DNA of 64,000 nucleotides, taken from the NCBI GenBank assembly GCA_963843575.1, contig CAWJKZ010000024.1, positions 32,001 through 96,000 on the forward strand, in the 5' to 3' direction. Shown in pieces: positions 33,624 through 45,234 of the stretch. The DNA is from an uncultured Acidobacteriota bacterium (GTDB taxonomy: Bacteria > Acidobacteriota > UBA6911). The stretch's first letter is position 1. Each line of letters opens with the position of its first letter. The notes under the pieces are model-generated. The model worked only from the letters and a program-made list of their open reading frames with translations, was not told where the DNA came from and searched no databases. The translations under genes and the position numbers were made by a program.

Positions 33624-36600
33624 AGCCCCGCATCCGGCTTCTGACGGCGACGGTCGGGATTCTGCTGCTGGGTGCGGCGGGGTCGCTCTTCGTGTATCTC
33701 CGCTCGGAGCGGTTCCAGCAGTGGGCGCGCGTTCAGCTGGCCGAACGGCTGGCCCGCGAAACGGGCATGGAGTGCCGCATCGATGCGTTTCGGTTCGATC
33801 TCCTTCGCGGCACGTTTTCGGTGCGCGGCTTCGGGCTTGGGCCACCTTCTCCGGCGGACGCCCCGCTGCGGGTGAGCATCGATGAGGTGCGCGGGCGCAT
33901 CCGGCTGAAGTCCGTGCTGCAGTTCAGGGTCGATCCTGGCGGAACTGACGGTGATCCGGCCAAGCGTGTCGCTGAGGGCAAACGGCGGGGAAGGCCCGTG
34001 GGACCCGGGCGAGTTTTTGCGCACCTTCAGGCAGTCGCTGGACCTGGAGGTCGGTCGGGTCGAGGTGTCGGAGGGCTGGGTCGAGCTGAACCACCGCGGC
34101 ATTCCGCTGGAGCTGCACCTCAAGGACGTCGTCTGCCAGGCCCGATACGGTGCGGACGTGGCGGGCTACCGCATGCACGTCGCCTTCCGCGACGGCCTGC
34201 TGCACTGGGCGGGGCGAGACATACGCCTACGACCTCGATGCCAGCTTTGCCGTTTCGACGAAGGGGATCGCAAGTCGACGCGATCGAAGTGGCCCATCGC
34301 GAGACACGGCTGCGGGGGACGGGTTGGCTCAGGGACTGGCAGTTCGCCTGTCGCCCTGTTCCACCTTAACGGAACGCCTGTCGGCCGTCAAACCTGTCGC
34401 TTTTTGCCGATGCGCTCGCGCCGGCCAGCGCGCAGATCGCGGGTGCTCGCCAATCTCCGGTTCGACGCACGGGGCTCCATTCCACCGGCAAGTTCACGGC
34501 CCCCTCGGGCAGCTATCGGGGCGTGCTCGTGTCGCAGCTGACCGGGTCCATGGAGCTCGCCGGATGGCGTCCTGTCCCTGCGCGACGTCCAGTGCCGTCT
34601 GCGCGGCGGGGTCCTGGACGCCAACGCCGAGATCCGGCTCCGGTCCTCCGGTCCCGAGCCGAACACCTTCGAGTACCAGGCAAAGGGTGTCGAGTTCAGG
34701 GACGGCGCCACGGCCCTGTCTTCTGCCGGGCGAGCGCCGTCGAGAACCGGGTGGATTCGAAGGGGCGGGTCGCGTGGCAGGGCCGGCGACCTCGAGGTTT
34801 CCGGAACGGCGGACGTGTACCCGGTGTCGCCCGCAGCTGGCCGCGGCGGGACGGGGGACCGAGCTGCAGGGCAGGGCGCAGTTTTCCTACCGGAACGGCG
34901 CCTGGTACCTGCCGCCCGCGAGTTTCCACTCCCCCTCCACGTCGATCGACGCGGAAGGGCGGGACGGCACGACATTTCACGTCCGGCTGGGCACGACGCG
35001 GCCGGCCGAACCCTCCTGCTGATGCGCAGCTTCGTCCCTTCGGTCGACGGCCTCTGACCGTCGCTGGCCCGACATCGTCGACATCGAAGGAAGCGTATCG
35101 GCTCGACGGGAACGTCCGCGATCGAACCCGCCGAGCACGTCGTTCACGGGCAGCGTCGGCATCGAAGCGGGCAAGTGGCGCGCGTACGATCGTCGACAGC
35201 CTGGACGCGACGCCGAGTGGGAGGCTCCGCGTCTGCAGCTGCGGTCGCTCAAACTGCGGCGGGGCAGCCGAGGAGGTCGAAGGGAACCTGGCGGCGAAAT
35301 TGTCCGGCGCGGAGAAGTCAGCGCGATTCGAGCATTGCGAGTTCGACGGGTCGGTCCGCGACTTGTCGCTCGAGTCGTTGAACAGATTCGGGTCAGGCCT
35401 CGGCGACGACGTCAAGGGGACCCTGGACGGCACGGGTTCCGTTTCGCTGCGGGAGGAGCGGTGGTCCGGGGCGGGCACGTTGTCCGTTACCGACGGCGGT
35501 TATCGCGGCGAGAGTCTTCGACGCGCTGCGCGCCAGCGCGCGCCTGGAGAACGGGATGCTCACGATCTCCGAGGGGGAAGTCTCGCGCGGTGCCGCCAAG
35601 GTGAGCGTGCACGGGCGCGTGCAGACCGATTACGGGGGACATGGACCTTTCCGCGCGCCTTTCCGACCTGTCCCTGCGCGACATTCCGGCCATTCGGGAG
35701 CAGGAAGCTGGACGTCGACGGGCTGGTCACGGCGTCGGGCAAGCTGAGTGGAACCGCCGACACCCCGGCCTTCGACGGCACCTTTCAGCTGAGCGGGCTG
35801 CGCTACGGTTCGCTGGATCTCGGCCGGGGACAAGGCACGGTGCGGCTCAAGGACCGAGCCCTCGGCGTCAGCGCCACGCGTCCGCTCGGAGTTCGGAGGC
35901 TTCGTTGCCGAAGCGGCCCTTTCCACGGACGGCGGGTTCCCCGGCAAGGCCGTGCTCAACTTCACCGACTGGAATATCCAGCGTTTGATCGCGGCCCAGA
36001 CCCCCCCCTTCCTCAGCGAATTGAGCACGGCCCTGCAGGGGCGGATCGAGGTCGAAGGGCGTTTCGCCGAGAGCTCGACCCTCGCCTACAAGGGCGAGCT
36101 CGACGGCGCGCGCTTCAAGATCCACGACTACGACCTGCGCAACGAGGGCAAGATCCGGTTCGCCGGGACCACGCTGAAGCTGCAGATCGGCGAGGCCCGG
36201 ATGCTCGGGGACGGCAGCGACCTCGTCCTGAGCGGGGATATTCCGCTCGACAACGGACCCGACCTCAACCTGCGGCTCAACGGCACCCTGAGCCTGACCG
36301 TCCTGGAGCGCCTCGAGAAGCGGCTGCGCCTGGCGGGTTCCACCCGCATCGACGTCCGGGCGACCGGGTCACTGCGCGAACCGCAGGTGATCGGCCAGTC
36401 GGAGTTGTTGGACGCGCGCCTCGATTACGCCGACCTGCCGTTCCGCCTGTCGGGGGTGCGCGGCAGGATGGTGTTTTCACGCAACCTGGTCCGGCTCGAG
36501 AACATCGAAGGCTCGGTGGCGACCGGCACCTTTCAGTTGTCGGGTGCGGTCGAACACGCAATCACCGAGCTGCGCGGCATCAACCTGCAGGTCGCGGTGC

Positions 36601-37544
36601 GAAAGGCCCGCCTCCCCTATCCAAAGGATTTCCGCTCCACGATAGACGCCGACCTCGCGCTGCGGGGCGGGCCGGATGCGCAGGTCCTCACCGGCGACGT
36701 CAATGTCCTCCGGTCGGACTACATGCGTGATTTCAACCTGCTGGAGCAGTTCGCCTCGCGTGGCCCGAACTCCGCCGGTCCGCTGACGACCGAACCCCTC
36801 CTCGGCGGCATGCGGCTCAATGTGTTCCTCCACTCCGAGGGAGGGCTGTTCATCGACAACGAGCTGGCCCGGTTGCGCGGGGGGATGCGACTGACCCTCC
36901 GCGGAACCCCGGCCTATCCTTCGCTGACCGGGCGCATCGAGGCTGTCGAGGGATCGGTCACTTTCCGAGGGAACCGTTTCGAGCTCATCCGGGCTGCAGC
37001 CGACTTCGTGGACCGCAACCGGATCAATCCGGTGCTGGACGTCCGTGCCGAGGCCGACGTAAAGAGCTACACCCTGATCCTGGACATGAGCGGGGACCTC
37101 GACCATCTCACGATGAACCTGAGCTCGGTCCCGGCGCTCTCGACCGTCGATATTGTGTCGCTTCTGACGACGGGCAAGTCGAGCGACCTCGAGGCGGGGA
37201 CCTCCAGGCGCCAGGCCGAGATTACCGGTTTCAACGCGGCAAGCATCCTCTCCGAGAGCCTGACCGGCGTCATCGGGAAGCGGGTCCAGCGCATCTTTGG
37301 ATTCGAGAGCTTTCGAGTCGATCCCTTCCTGGCGGGCACGGACAACGACCCGACCGCCCGGGTGACCATCACCGAGCGGATATCGCGGGATCTCGCCATC
37401 ACGTTCTCGCGCAACCTGACGACGAGCGAGGAGCAGATCGTCGTGTTGGAGTACGACGTGACGCGGAACCTCACCCTCGTGGCCACGCGCGACGAAAATG
37501 GACTGTTCGGGCTCGATCTTCGTTTTCGGAGGAGATTCAGGTGA
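33620..37544 (+). CDS. tamB: TamB/AsmA-like translocation-assembly protein (DUF490 C-terminus), heavily frameshifted 33940-35950
   Basis: N-terminal TM anchor, long beta-rich body, intact last 530 aa with NPVLDVRAE and LSSVPALS, ending GLDLRFRRRFR; next to Omp85 gene. Confidence 0.78.
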
Positions 37545-37664
37545 GGCCTTTCCAACGGGGCCGGACAAAAGTAGAATGGGGGTCTCCAATAGGGAAGTCG
37601 GGAAACCCGGAGCGCCGGTCAAGCGGCGCCCCAGCGTGAACGCGGTGACCAGGGCAGGTGCCGG

Positions 37665-38333
37665 ATGAAGATTCTCGTGATCGAGGACGAAGCCAAGTTG
37701 GCGAACCTTGTGAAGAAAGACCTGGAACAATCGGGTTACCAGGTGGATGTCGCAGCCGATGGACAGGCCGGGTTCACCCAGTTCCAGACGGGCGACTACG
37801 ACCTCGTGCTGCTGGACCTGATGCTCCCGGGGTTGTCCGGTTGGGACCTGATCCCGCTCATGCGCCAGGCCAAACCCGCGCTCCCGATAGTGGCGCTTAC
37901 CGCACGGGTCGCCGTCGAGGACCGCGTCCAGGGGTTGAATCTCGGGTGCGACGACTACCTGGTGAAGCCCTTTTCCTTTAAGGAGCTGGAGGCCAGGATC
38001 CAGGTGCAGCTCCGGCGCGGGACCGTGATGGGGACCGCGGAATTGCGGGCCGCCGACCTGACCCTGGACCCGCTCAAACGCAAGGTCACGCGCGCGGGCA
38101 AGAACATCGAGCTGTCGAACAAGGAGTTCGCCCTCCTGGAGTACCTGTTGCGCAACAAACACCAGGAAGTCACGCGCAACATGATCATCCAGAATGTCTG
38201 GGACGCCAGCTTCGACAAGTTCACCAACGTCGTCGACGTATACATCAATTATCTCCGCAACAAGGTGGACCGCGATTTCGAGCCGCGCCTGATCCACACG
38301 GTCCGAGGAGTCGGCTACGTGCTCCGAGATTGA
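37665..38333 (+). CDS. OmpR-family response regulator (CusR/CzcR-like)
   Basis: MKILVIEDE, LLDLMLPG, DDYLVKPF, TNVVDVYINYLRNKVD, IHTVRGVGY. Confidence 0.93.
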   Translation: MKILVIEDEAKLANLVKKDLEQSGYQVDVAADGQAGFTQFQTGDYDLVLLDLMLPGLSGWDLIPLMRQAKPALPIVALTARVAVEDRVQGLNLGCDDYLVKPFSFKELEARIQVQLRRGTVMGTAELRAADLTLDPLKRKVTRAGKNIELSNKEFALLEYLLRNKHQEVTRNMIIQNVWDASFDKFTNVVDVYINYLRNKVDRDFEPRLIHTVRGVGYVLRD

Positions 38334-38336
38334 ACC

Positions 38337-39754
38337 GTGAATATCCACAGCCTCCGCTTCCGGCTGAGCTGGACCAACGGCGTCGTGCTGACGGTGGTGT
38401 TGCTCTGCGTGGGGTTCACTCGCTACGCGACGATTTCGTACCAGGTCTACAGGCATTTCGACAACGAGCTGGGGAGGGACGCGGTTTTCCTCTCCTCGCG
38501 CCTCCTGGTGACGCCGGGAACCTACGTGCTGCGCTCCGACAGTCTGTCCGCATACGACAAGGTCAACCTGCAGGAGATCCAGGCGTACTCCGTCATCACC
38601 GACGCGCAAGGCTACGTCGTACACCCGGACACGTGCAGCCGTTACGTGCGCGAGATGCTGCAGCAGAACGAGCTGACCGAGGTCCTGAAGGCGCGGTCGG
38701 GAATAGTCGAAACTACTGCGGCCGACGGTTCCAGGTTCCGCTTCGCCTCGCTTCCGGTCGGAAAGGATCCCGATTCCCCCTACGTCCTTCACGTCGGCCG
38801 CGATGCTCAGTCGGTGGACGGCGCTGCTTGCAGCAATACAGGGAGCTGTACCTACTCTCAGTCCCCGTGCTCATGGTTGTGTCCGTGGTGGTGGGCTGGT
38901 TTCTTGCCGGGCGGGCGCTCAAGCCGTTTGACGAGGTGGCGCGTGCGGTGGAGCAGATAACGTCCAAGAACCTCAACACGCCGATCCGGACCCCCTATCG
39001 GGAGGAAGAGGTTCAAAGGCTCGTCGACGCCTTCAACCACGTGGTCGCGCGCTTGGACGCGTCCTTCCGGCAGATGAGCCGCTTCAACGCCGATGTGGCG
39101 CACGAACTGCGCACCCCACTCGCCGTTCTGCAGGGTGAAACGGAGATCGCGCTGAAGTCTCCCGGGCTGCCCGAATGAGATCAAGGCGACGCTCTGCAGC
39201 AATCTCGAGGAACTCGAGCGCCTCGGCCGCATCGTGAAGGACATGCTGACGCTCGCCGAGGCGGACGCCGGCACCCAGAGTCATCGCCGAGAAGGAAATC
39301 AGGCTCGCGCCCCTGGTGTGCGACCTGGCTGAGCAGATGAGGCTCCTGGCCGCGGACCGCAGCATCGAGATCAGCGTCGACCGCGCCGGACGAGGCGGTC
39401 GTCTTGGGCGACGAACTCTGGCTACGGAGGGCGCTGCTCAACCTGCTCGACAACGCCATCAAGTACTCGAAAACCGGGGGACGGATCGATATGCAGGTGC
39501 AGTCGCTGGGCAGGGTGGTGCAGGTGACCGTGCGCGATCAGGGGATCGGTATTGCACCCGAGGACCTTCCGCGCATTTTCGACCGGCTGTATCGTTCCGA
39601 TCCCGCTCGCAGCCGCACCACCGGCGGGGCGGGTCTGGGGCTGGCCTTCGTCAAGTGGATCGTCGAGGCGCATCACGGCCGCATCGCGGTCGAGAGCGAG
39701 CTGGACAGGGGCACGCTCTTCACCATCGAATTTCCTCAAGTCCCCCTCGCCTGA
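38337..39754 (+). CDS. HAMP sensor histidine kinase, several frameshifts
   Basis: Two TM segments, HAMP, H-box [33 protein letters not shown]. Confidence 0.88.
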
Positions 39755-40029
39755 CGCGTGCGACCCCGATCGGCCTGCGGTGTCTCGGCGCCATCCCGGC
39801 TCGCGATACGTCGCTCGTCCAACACACAGTCGTCCCGGGAGCGCCAAAAGCCAGAAACTTGCCATGGAAGACACTGAAGAGCACGGAAGGACTCGGCCGG
39901 ATGGGTGCCGCCGCGGACCAGCGCGGGTCGAGGCGCCGCACTTCAGATCCGAAGCATCCGAAGCACTTTGCTATTGCGCTGCGGGGGGGGTGGAGCCTAA
40001 AATACCCGTTTTGTCAGGAGGTGGGATCC

Positions 40030-40349
40030 GTGTACGCAGTCATCATGAGTGGCGGGAAGCAGTATCGCGTATCCGAGGGCGATGTCGTGCAGTTGGAGAA
40101 GCTGGGGGCTCGACTCGGGTGCGTCGGTCGAGTTCAAGGATGTCCTCCTCGTGAAGACGGACGAAAAGACCTTTATCGGCCAGCCTCTCGTCGAAGGGGC
40201 GATTGTCCAGGGGGTTGTCCAGGAGAACGGGCAGGGCGACACCGTGCTGGTGTTCAAGTACAAGAAAAAGAAGCAGTACAGGCGGACGCGCGGCCATCGC
40301 CAGCAAGTATTCGGCGGTGCGGATCGAGAAGATCAACGTGTCGGTTTAG
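40030..40349 (+). CDS. rplU: 50S ribosomal protein L21, frameshifted
   Basis: [18 protein letters not shown] then, in another frame, [18 protein letters not shown]; precedes rpmA. Confidence 0.92.
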
Positions 40350-40389
40350 CCGGCACGAAACATCGATTTCAGGGTTTGAGGGTTTCAGC

Positions 40390-40647
40390 ATGGCGCACAA
40401 AAAGGGAGTTGGAAGTTCCAGAAACGGCCGCGACAGCCAGCCGAAACGGCTCGGGGTGAAGCGCTTCGGTGGCGAACTGGTGCTCGGCGGAACCATCCTG
40501 GTCCGGCAGCGCGGGACCCGCATCAAGCCGGGCCTCAATGTCGGGATCGGCAGGGACGATACGCTGTTTGCCAAGATAAGCGGCACCGTCAGCTATCAGG
40601 ACCGGGGACGGATGGGGAAGTTCGTCCATGTGGTGGCCCAGGCCTGA
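40390..40647 (+). CDS. rpmA: 50S ribosomal protein L27
   Basis: [40 protein letters not shown]. Confidence 0.97.
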   Translation: MAHKKGVGSSRNGRDSQPKRLGVKRFGGELVLGGTILVRQRGTRIKPGLNVGIGRDDTLFAKISGTVSYQDRGRMGKFVHVVAQA

Positions 40648-40675
40648 CCGTCCCCGCCCCGTTCAAGCATCGCTG

Positions 40676-40704
40676 AAAGGGACCCCGCAGAGGGGTCCTT
40701 TTTT
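40676..40704 (+). terminator. Intrinsic terminator after rpmA
   Basis: GGACCCC-gcaga-GGGGTCC followed by TTTTTT. Confidence 0.8.
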
Positions 40705-40760
40705 AGTTTGCGGCGGTCCCCTGCGCGTGGCTGTGCAGGGACCGCGCCGCGGGACACGTC

Positions 40761-41768
40761 ATGTTCATTGACCGTGCGCGCATAACGGTGATCGCCGGGG
40801 ATGGCGGCAACGGGTGCCTTGCCTTCCGCCGCGAGAAGTTTGTTCCGAAGGGCGGCCCCAGTGGGGGGGACGGAGGGCGCGGCGGGGACGTTTACCTGGA
40901 GTGTTCCGACCGTGTGAACACGCTGCTGCATTTTCAGTACAAGCGGGTCTTCAAGGCGGGCCGCGGCGGGCACGGGGAAGGGTCCCGATGCCACGGGAGA
41001 GACGGCGAGGACACCGTCGTGCTCGTCCCTCCAGGGACCCAGGTGTACCGCGAGCCCGGCCACGAGCTGCTGCACGATTTTGCCGCCCCGGGCGAACGTG
41101 TGCGCGTTGCCCTCGGTGGGGGTGGCGGGCGCGGCAACGCCCGGTTTGCGACCGCGACCAACCAGGCGCCGCGGCGGTGCGAACCCGGCCGGGCTGGGGA
41201 GGAAGCGGAACTCTCGCTCAGCCTGAAGCTGATCGCCGACGTGGGTCTGGTCGGATTCCCCAATGTCGGCAAGTCGACGCTGATCTCCCGCATCAGCGCG
41301 GCTCGGCCGAAGATCGCCGACTACCCGTTTACCACGCTGGTGCCGCATCTCGGAGTTGTGTCGGCGGGCGATTTCCGCAGCTTCGTGGTCGCCGACATCC
41401 CCGGCCTCATCGAAGGTGCGCACGAAGGTCACGGGCTCGGCGACCAGTTCCTGAAGCACGTGGAACGTACCAAGGTGCTCGTGCACCTGATAGACGTCTC
41501 GCAACCGCGCGACCCGGTGGCCGATTTCAAGACGATACTGCGCGAGCTTATGCTCTTCAGCAAGGATCTCGGGGAACGTGCGCAGGTCGTCGTCGCCTCC
41601 AAAATCGATGCGCTGGACGACCGCAGAAAGATCACCCAGCTCAAAGCGATGTGCGCCCGCCGCAAGCTTCCCTTCGCGAGCATCTCGTCGGTCACGGGCC
41701 AGGGCATACCCGAGCTGGTACGGCTCCTGGCGCGCATGCTCGGGTTGGACGCGCCGACGGGCGGGTAG
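40761..41768 (+). CDS. obgE: GTPase ObgE/CgtA
   Basis: [47 protein letters not shown]. Confidence 0.97.
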   Translation: MFIDRARITVIAGDGGNGCLAFRREKFVPKGGPSGGDGGRGGDVYLECSDRVNTLLHFQYKRVFKAGRGGHGEGSRCHGRDGEDTVVLVPPGTQVYREPGHELLHDFAAPGERVRVALGGGGGRGNARFATATNQAPRRCEPGRAGEEAELSLSLKLIADVGLVGFPNVGKSTLISRISAARPKIADYPFTTLVPHLGVVSAGDFRSFVVADIPGLIEGAHEGHGLGDQFLKHVERTKVLVHLIDVSQPRDPVADFKTILRELMLFSKDLGERAQVVVASKIDALDDRRKITQLKAMCARRKLPFASISSVTGQGIPELVRLLARMLGLDAPTGG

Positions 41769-41903
41769 GGTCGGGGGTGTGCTCCGGGGCCGCGTGAGAC
41801 GCTGCCATTTGGACGGAATGGGCGCCAGCCGACTTCATAAGGGTTGGCTTCGACGGCGTGTTGGGTTAGGCTCTCCCCATCGAAGAGGATGCGTTTGGCA
41901 GGA

Positions 41904-42581
41904 ATGAGAGTGGGGGTATTCGGCGGTACCTTCAACCCGATACATCTCGGGCACCTTCATGTCGCCGACCGTGTGCAGCGCCTCTTCGGTCTTGCACGTA
42001 CCCACTTCGTGGTTGCCTCGAACCCCCCGCACAAACCCGGATTGGACTTAGCCCCATTCGTGCACCGCTACGCCATGGTGAGCCTTGCGCTGTCCGGTTC
42101 GGAGCGCATGTTGCCCTCGACGATGGAACTGGAGCGGCCCCCCAGCCCGTTTTCCATCGACACCATGAGGAAGTTCGCGCGCCGCTCGCCCGGAGGGCGC
42201 CGCGGGCTGTGCTTCATTGCGGGTGGGGATTCACTTTTCGAGGTGAGCGGTTGGCGGCGCGGCGAGGAGTTGCTGGCCAGCTACAATTTTGTTTTCGTCA
42301 TGCGCCCGGGTATCGAGATCCGCGACCCCAGGAGGGTGCTCCCCGGCAGCATCGCGGGCCGGATCAGGGACCTGCGCGGCCTCGGTCCCGTCCAGGTGCG
42401 CCGGCAGTCGTCCGGTGAGGGGACCGGGAGAAACCGGATCTACCTCGTCGAAGTCGACGCCCCGGACATCTCGGCGTCGCAGGTGCGCCACCTCGCTGCC
42501 CAGGGTCGCAGCTTGAAGCGACTGCTGCCTGCGCCGGTGGCGCTCTACATAAACAAACTCCGTCTTTACGGTGAGCGATGA
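41904..42581 (+). CDS. nadD: Nicotinate-nucleotide adenylyltransferase
   Basis: GVFGGTFNPIHLGH, PPHK, GGDS, ISASQVR. Confidence 0.93.
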   Translation: MRVGVFGGTFNPIHLGHLHVADRVQRLFGLARTHFVVASNPPHKPGLDLAPFVHRYAMVSLALSGSERMLPSTMELERPPSPFSIDTMRKFARRSPGGRRGLCFIAGGDSLFEVSGWRRGEELLASYNFVFVMRPGIEIRDPRRVLPGSIAGRIRDLRGLGPVQVRRQSSGEGTGRNRIYLVEVDAPDISASQVRHLAAQGRSLKRLLPAPVALYINKLRLYGER

Positions 42582-42976
42582 CAGACGCTTTGAGAATTGC
42601 GCTCAAGGCCTTGGACGACAAGAAGGGGCACGACATCACGGCCCTCGACATCTCGGCCATCGCCTCGTTTGCCAACTGTTTCCTGATCTGCACGGGCGAT
42701 TCGTCCCGGCAGATCCAGGCCCTCTCCGACGAGGTCGAGTCCCGGATGGCGGAAGGCGGTTTCAAGCCGAACCACATCGAGGGCTACCGCAACGCCGAGT
42801 GGGTCCTGATGGATTATTTCGACCTCGTGGTCCACATCTTCTCGCGCAACGCGCGCGTGTTTTACGACCTGGAGCGGCTCTGGCGCGACGGGAAGGTCCT
42901 GGATGCCGAAAAACTCCTGGCGGCGCAGCAGAAGCCGGCCTCCCCGAGGAAGTCGCCGCGCGCAAGAAAGGTCTAG
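42578..42976 (+). CDS. rsfS: Ribosome silencing factor RsfS
   Basis: DKKGHDI, WVLMDY, VVHIF, FYDLERLW. Confidence 0.94.
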   Translation: MTDALRIALKALDDKKGHDITALDISAIASFANCFLICTGDSSRQIQALSDEVESRMAEGGFKPNHIEGYRNAEWVLMDYFDLVVHIFSRNARVFYDLERLWRDGKVLDAEKLLAAQQKPASPRKSPRARKV

Positions 42977-43059
42977 CAGGGCCGTGACGCGGGAATGGAC
43001 GTCGTCGGGCTGGGAAGCCGGCAATCCACCGGCCACGGATCCGCCGCTTTCCCCGCCCG

Positions 43060-43088
43060 TTGAATTGACCTCCTCGTTCTAGTAAAAT
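43060..43088 (+). promoter_or_regulatory. Putative sigma70 promoter of rlmH
   Basis: TTGAAT-17 nt-TAAAAT. Confidence 0.5.
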
Positions 43089-43124
43089 CTCGTCCTTCGC
43101 TGGGGTTCCTCGGGGACCCGGAAC

Positions 43125-43595
43125 ATGCGCGTCAAGCTGATCTGGGTTGGAAAAACACGGAACCCAACTATTCGGGCGCTGCAGGAGGAGTACCTGGCTC
43201 GGTTGCGCCACCTGACCCCCTGCGAGGTCATGGAGACTCGGGACATCTCGAGAGGCCGGGCCGTCGATGGGGCCAAACTGCTGGCCGCCGAGGCCGCGGA
43301 AATCGGGAAGCTGCTGCAACAGGGCAGCCGCGTCGTTGTATTGGATGAAAAGGGGGAGCAGTTTACCTCTCCCGATTTCGCGCGCTGGTTGGAGAACGAG
43401 CAGAACCAGGGCACCCGGGAATTGGCCTTCGTGATCGGGGGGCCGGACGGGTTAAGCCCGGTCGTCGCCAGCCGGGCCGTATTGCGGCTGGCTCTGGGCC
43501 GGATGACATGGACGCATGAGATGTGCCGGGTGCTCCTGCTCGAACAGCTGTACCGGGCTTGGTGTATCCAGCGGAACATTCCGTATCACAGATAG
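43125..43595 (+). CDS. rlmH: 23S rRNA m3-pseudouridine1915 methyltransferase
   Basis: VGK, LDEKG, FVIGGPDGL, MTWTHEMCRVLLLEQLYRA, PYHR. Confidence 0.95.
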   Translation: MRVKLIWVGKTRNPTIRALQEEYLARLRHLTPCEVMETRDISRGRAVDGAKLLAAEAAEIGKLLQQGSRVVVLDEKGEQFTSPDFARWLENEQNQGTRELAFVIGGPDGLSPVVASRAVLRLALGRMTWTHEMCRVLLLEQLYRAWCIQRNIPYHR

Positions 43596-43615
43596 GCACA
43601 GTGGAGACACGGGGA

Positions 43616-43972
43616 ATGGATGCAAAGCGGTTGGATTATTTCAAGGAGAAGCTCATCCAGAAGCAACTCTCCCTGCGCGACATGGTCCAGCGGACGGAAG
43701 GCTACGAGCGCGAGAAGGAGCCTGACATCCAGGACGTGGCGGACATGGCCGTCGAGTCCTACACCAAGGAATTCAATTTCGGAAAGAGCTCCGGCGACCG
43801 GTATGTCCTCCAGATGATCCGGGAGGCGTTGGATCGCATCGAAGACGCCTCCTACGGCATCTGCGTGCACTGTGAAAACCCTATTCAACCCAAGCGGCTC
43901 GAGGCCGTGCCCTGGACCCGCCACTGCATTCAGTGTCAGGCGCTGCTCGAGAAGGGAAAGCTGGAGAACTGA
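43616..43972 (+). CDS. TraR/DksA family C4 zinc-finger regulator
   Basis: Coiled-coil tip DVADMA (DxxDxA), YGICVHC, RLEAVPW, CIQCQ. Confidence 0.9.
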   Translation: MDAKRLDYFKEKLIQKQLSLRDMVQRTEGYEREKEPDIQDVADMAVESYTKEFNFGKSSGDRYVLQMIREALDRIEDASYGICVHCENPIQPKRLEAVPWTRHCIQCQALLEKGKLEN

Positions 43973-43996
43973 ACCCACCACCCCGGGGGCGTTCCG

Positions 43997-44785
43997 TTGA
44001 CCGCGCAACCGTTCATCCCCACGACCCGGGATCGCCCTCCGACCCGGCCAAGGCAGCTGGCCGATGCTCTCCTAAACTTGCTCTACCCCGAGTCCTGCTT
44101 CGTCTGCGCCGACGCCGTTGCCCGGCACCAGGACTGCGGCGTGTGCGGGCGCTGCTGGGACAAGCTGCTGCAGCTGCGGATCTCCGCGCCATGGTGCCCG
44201 TCGTGCGGGCTCCCTTTCCAGGGTTTCGATCCCGGCCCCGCGCACCTCTGCTCGGACTGCATTGCCGATCCGCCCCCCTTTTCGGGAGCCCGCTCCTTCG
44301 GATACTACGAAGGCGAACTGAGCCGTGTGATCCGGGAATTCAAGTTCCACGGCAGGCGTAAGCTCGCTTCGCTCCTGGGCCCCTTGGTCGCGGCGGCGGT
44401 ATCGGCGACATGGGAGCGGGAACAGATCGACCTGCTCTGTCCGGTACCCCTGCACCCGAAGCGACGGCATGAGCGCGGATTCAACCAGTCCGAGCTCCTC
44501 GCCCGGTCCATGTCGGAGAGTCTGGGGCTTCCCCTGGTGCCCGGCGTGCTGCGCCGGGCGAGACACACGCCTCCGCAGGTGGGCCTGACCGACCCGGAAC
44601 GGCTGCGCAACGTGCGCGGCGCGTTTCTCGCGCGTCCCGACCTCGCGGCCGGCCGCCGGGTGTTGCTGATCGATGACGTGATGACAACGGGAGCGACGCT
44701 TCGAAACGCCACCAGCGCACTTCTGGCGGGGGGTGCACTGCGGGTAGCCGCCGCCACCCTCGCGCGTGCCGTTCCGCACACGTGA
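43997..44785 (+). CDS. comF: ComF family protein (zinc ribbons plus PRTase domain)
   Basis: Four CxxC pairs, PVPLH, RGFNQS, LLIDDVMTTGAT. Confidence 0.9.
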   Translation: MTAQPFIPTTRDRPPTRPRQLADALLNLLYPESCFVCADAVARHQDCGVCGRCWDKLLQLRISAPWCPSCGLPFQGFDPGPAHLCSDCIADPPPFSGARSFGYYEGELSRVIREFKFHGRRKLASLLGPLVAAAVSATWEREQIDLLCPVPLHPKRRHERGFNQSELLARSMSESLGLPLVPGVLRRARHTPPQVGLTDPERLRNVRGAFLARPDLAAGRRVLLIDDVMTTGATLRNATSALLAGGALRVAAATLARAVPHT

Positions 44786-44829
44786 GGCTTCCCGTCCCGG
44801 GTGACGGGCCGGCTTCGCCCGAGGGTTGG

Positions 44830-45234
44830 TTACGGATGAGGTCCGCGGGGGGGACCACTCCTGTGGCGGTCGTCGATTTTGGTTACGATTTCTTCGAAGC
44901 GGGCCTTCTGGTCGTCGCGCAGGATCTGCCTGATCTCCTGCCGCGTCTGCTCGCGGATCGAATCGTACTGCGGGCGGAACTGCTTCGACAACGCGCGGTA
45001 GCGCTCGCGGCTGCGGCCGATGATCTCCTTCAGCTGCTCCTTCTGAGCCGCGTCCATGTCCAGCCCTTGCGCCATCTCGTCGGCGAGGTGGTGTTCGGCA
45101 TTGCGCGAGTTTTGTCGGCGATTTTCGACTGCCGCGACACTTTTCTGGAACAGATAATGACCCAAACTACCTGCAACCAACCCGAAGGCGAACATTACGG
45201 TAAGGAAGAGAGCCGCTCCGGTCTTGGACTTCAT
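44830..45234 (-). CDS. Membrane-anchored helical periplasmic protein (Spy/CpxP or heavy-metal-sensor-like)
   Basis: N-terminal hydrophobic segment, LDMDAAQ and ILRDDQKARF LTxxQ-like repeats; coupled to anti-sigma gene. Confidence 0.55.
   Translation of the reverse strand: MKSKTGAALFLTVMFAFGLVAGSLGHYLFQKSVAAVENRRQNSRNAEHHLADEMAQGLDMDAAQKEQLKEIIGRSRERYRALSKQFRPQYDSIREQTRQEIRQILRDDQKARFEEIVTKIDDRHRSGPPRGPHP

Noticed and set aside
36477-38792. 771-aa antisense ORF (also 11040..12278, 13910..15967, 30446..32242, 49005..50405)
   Set aside because: All lie opposite well-supported genes and have the composition typical of reverse-frame artefacts
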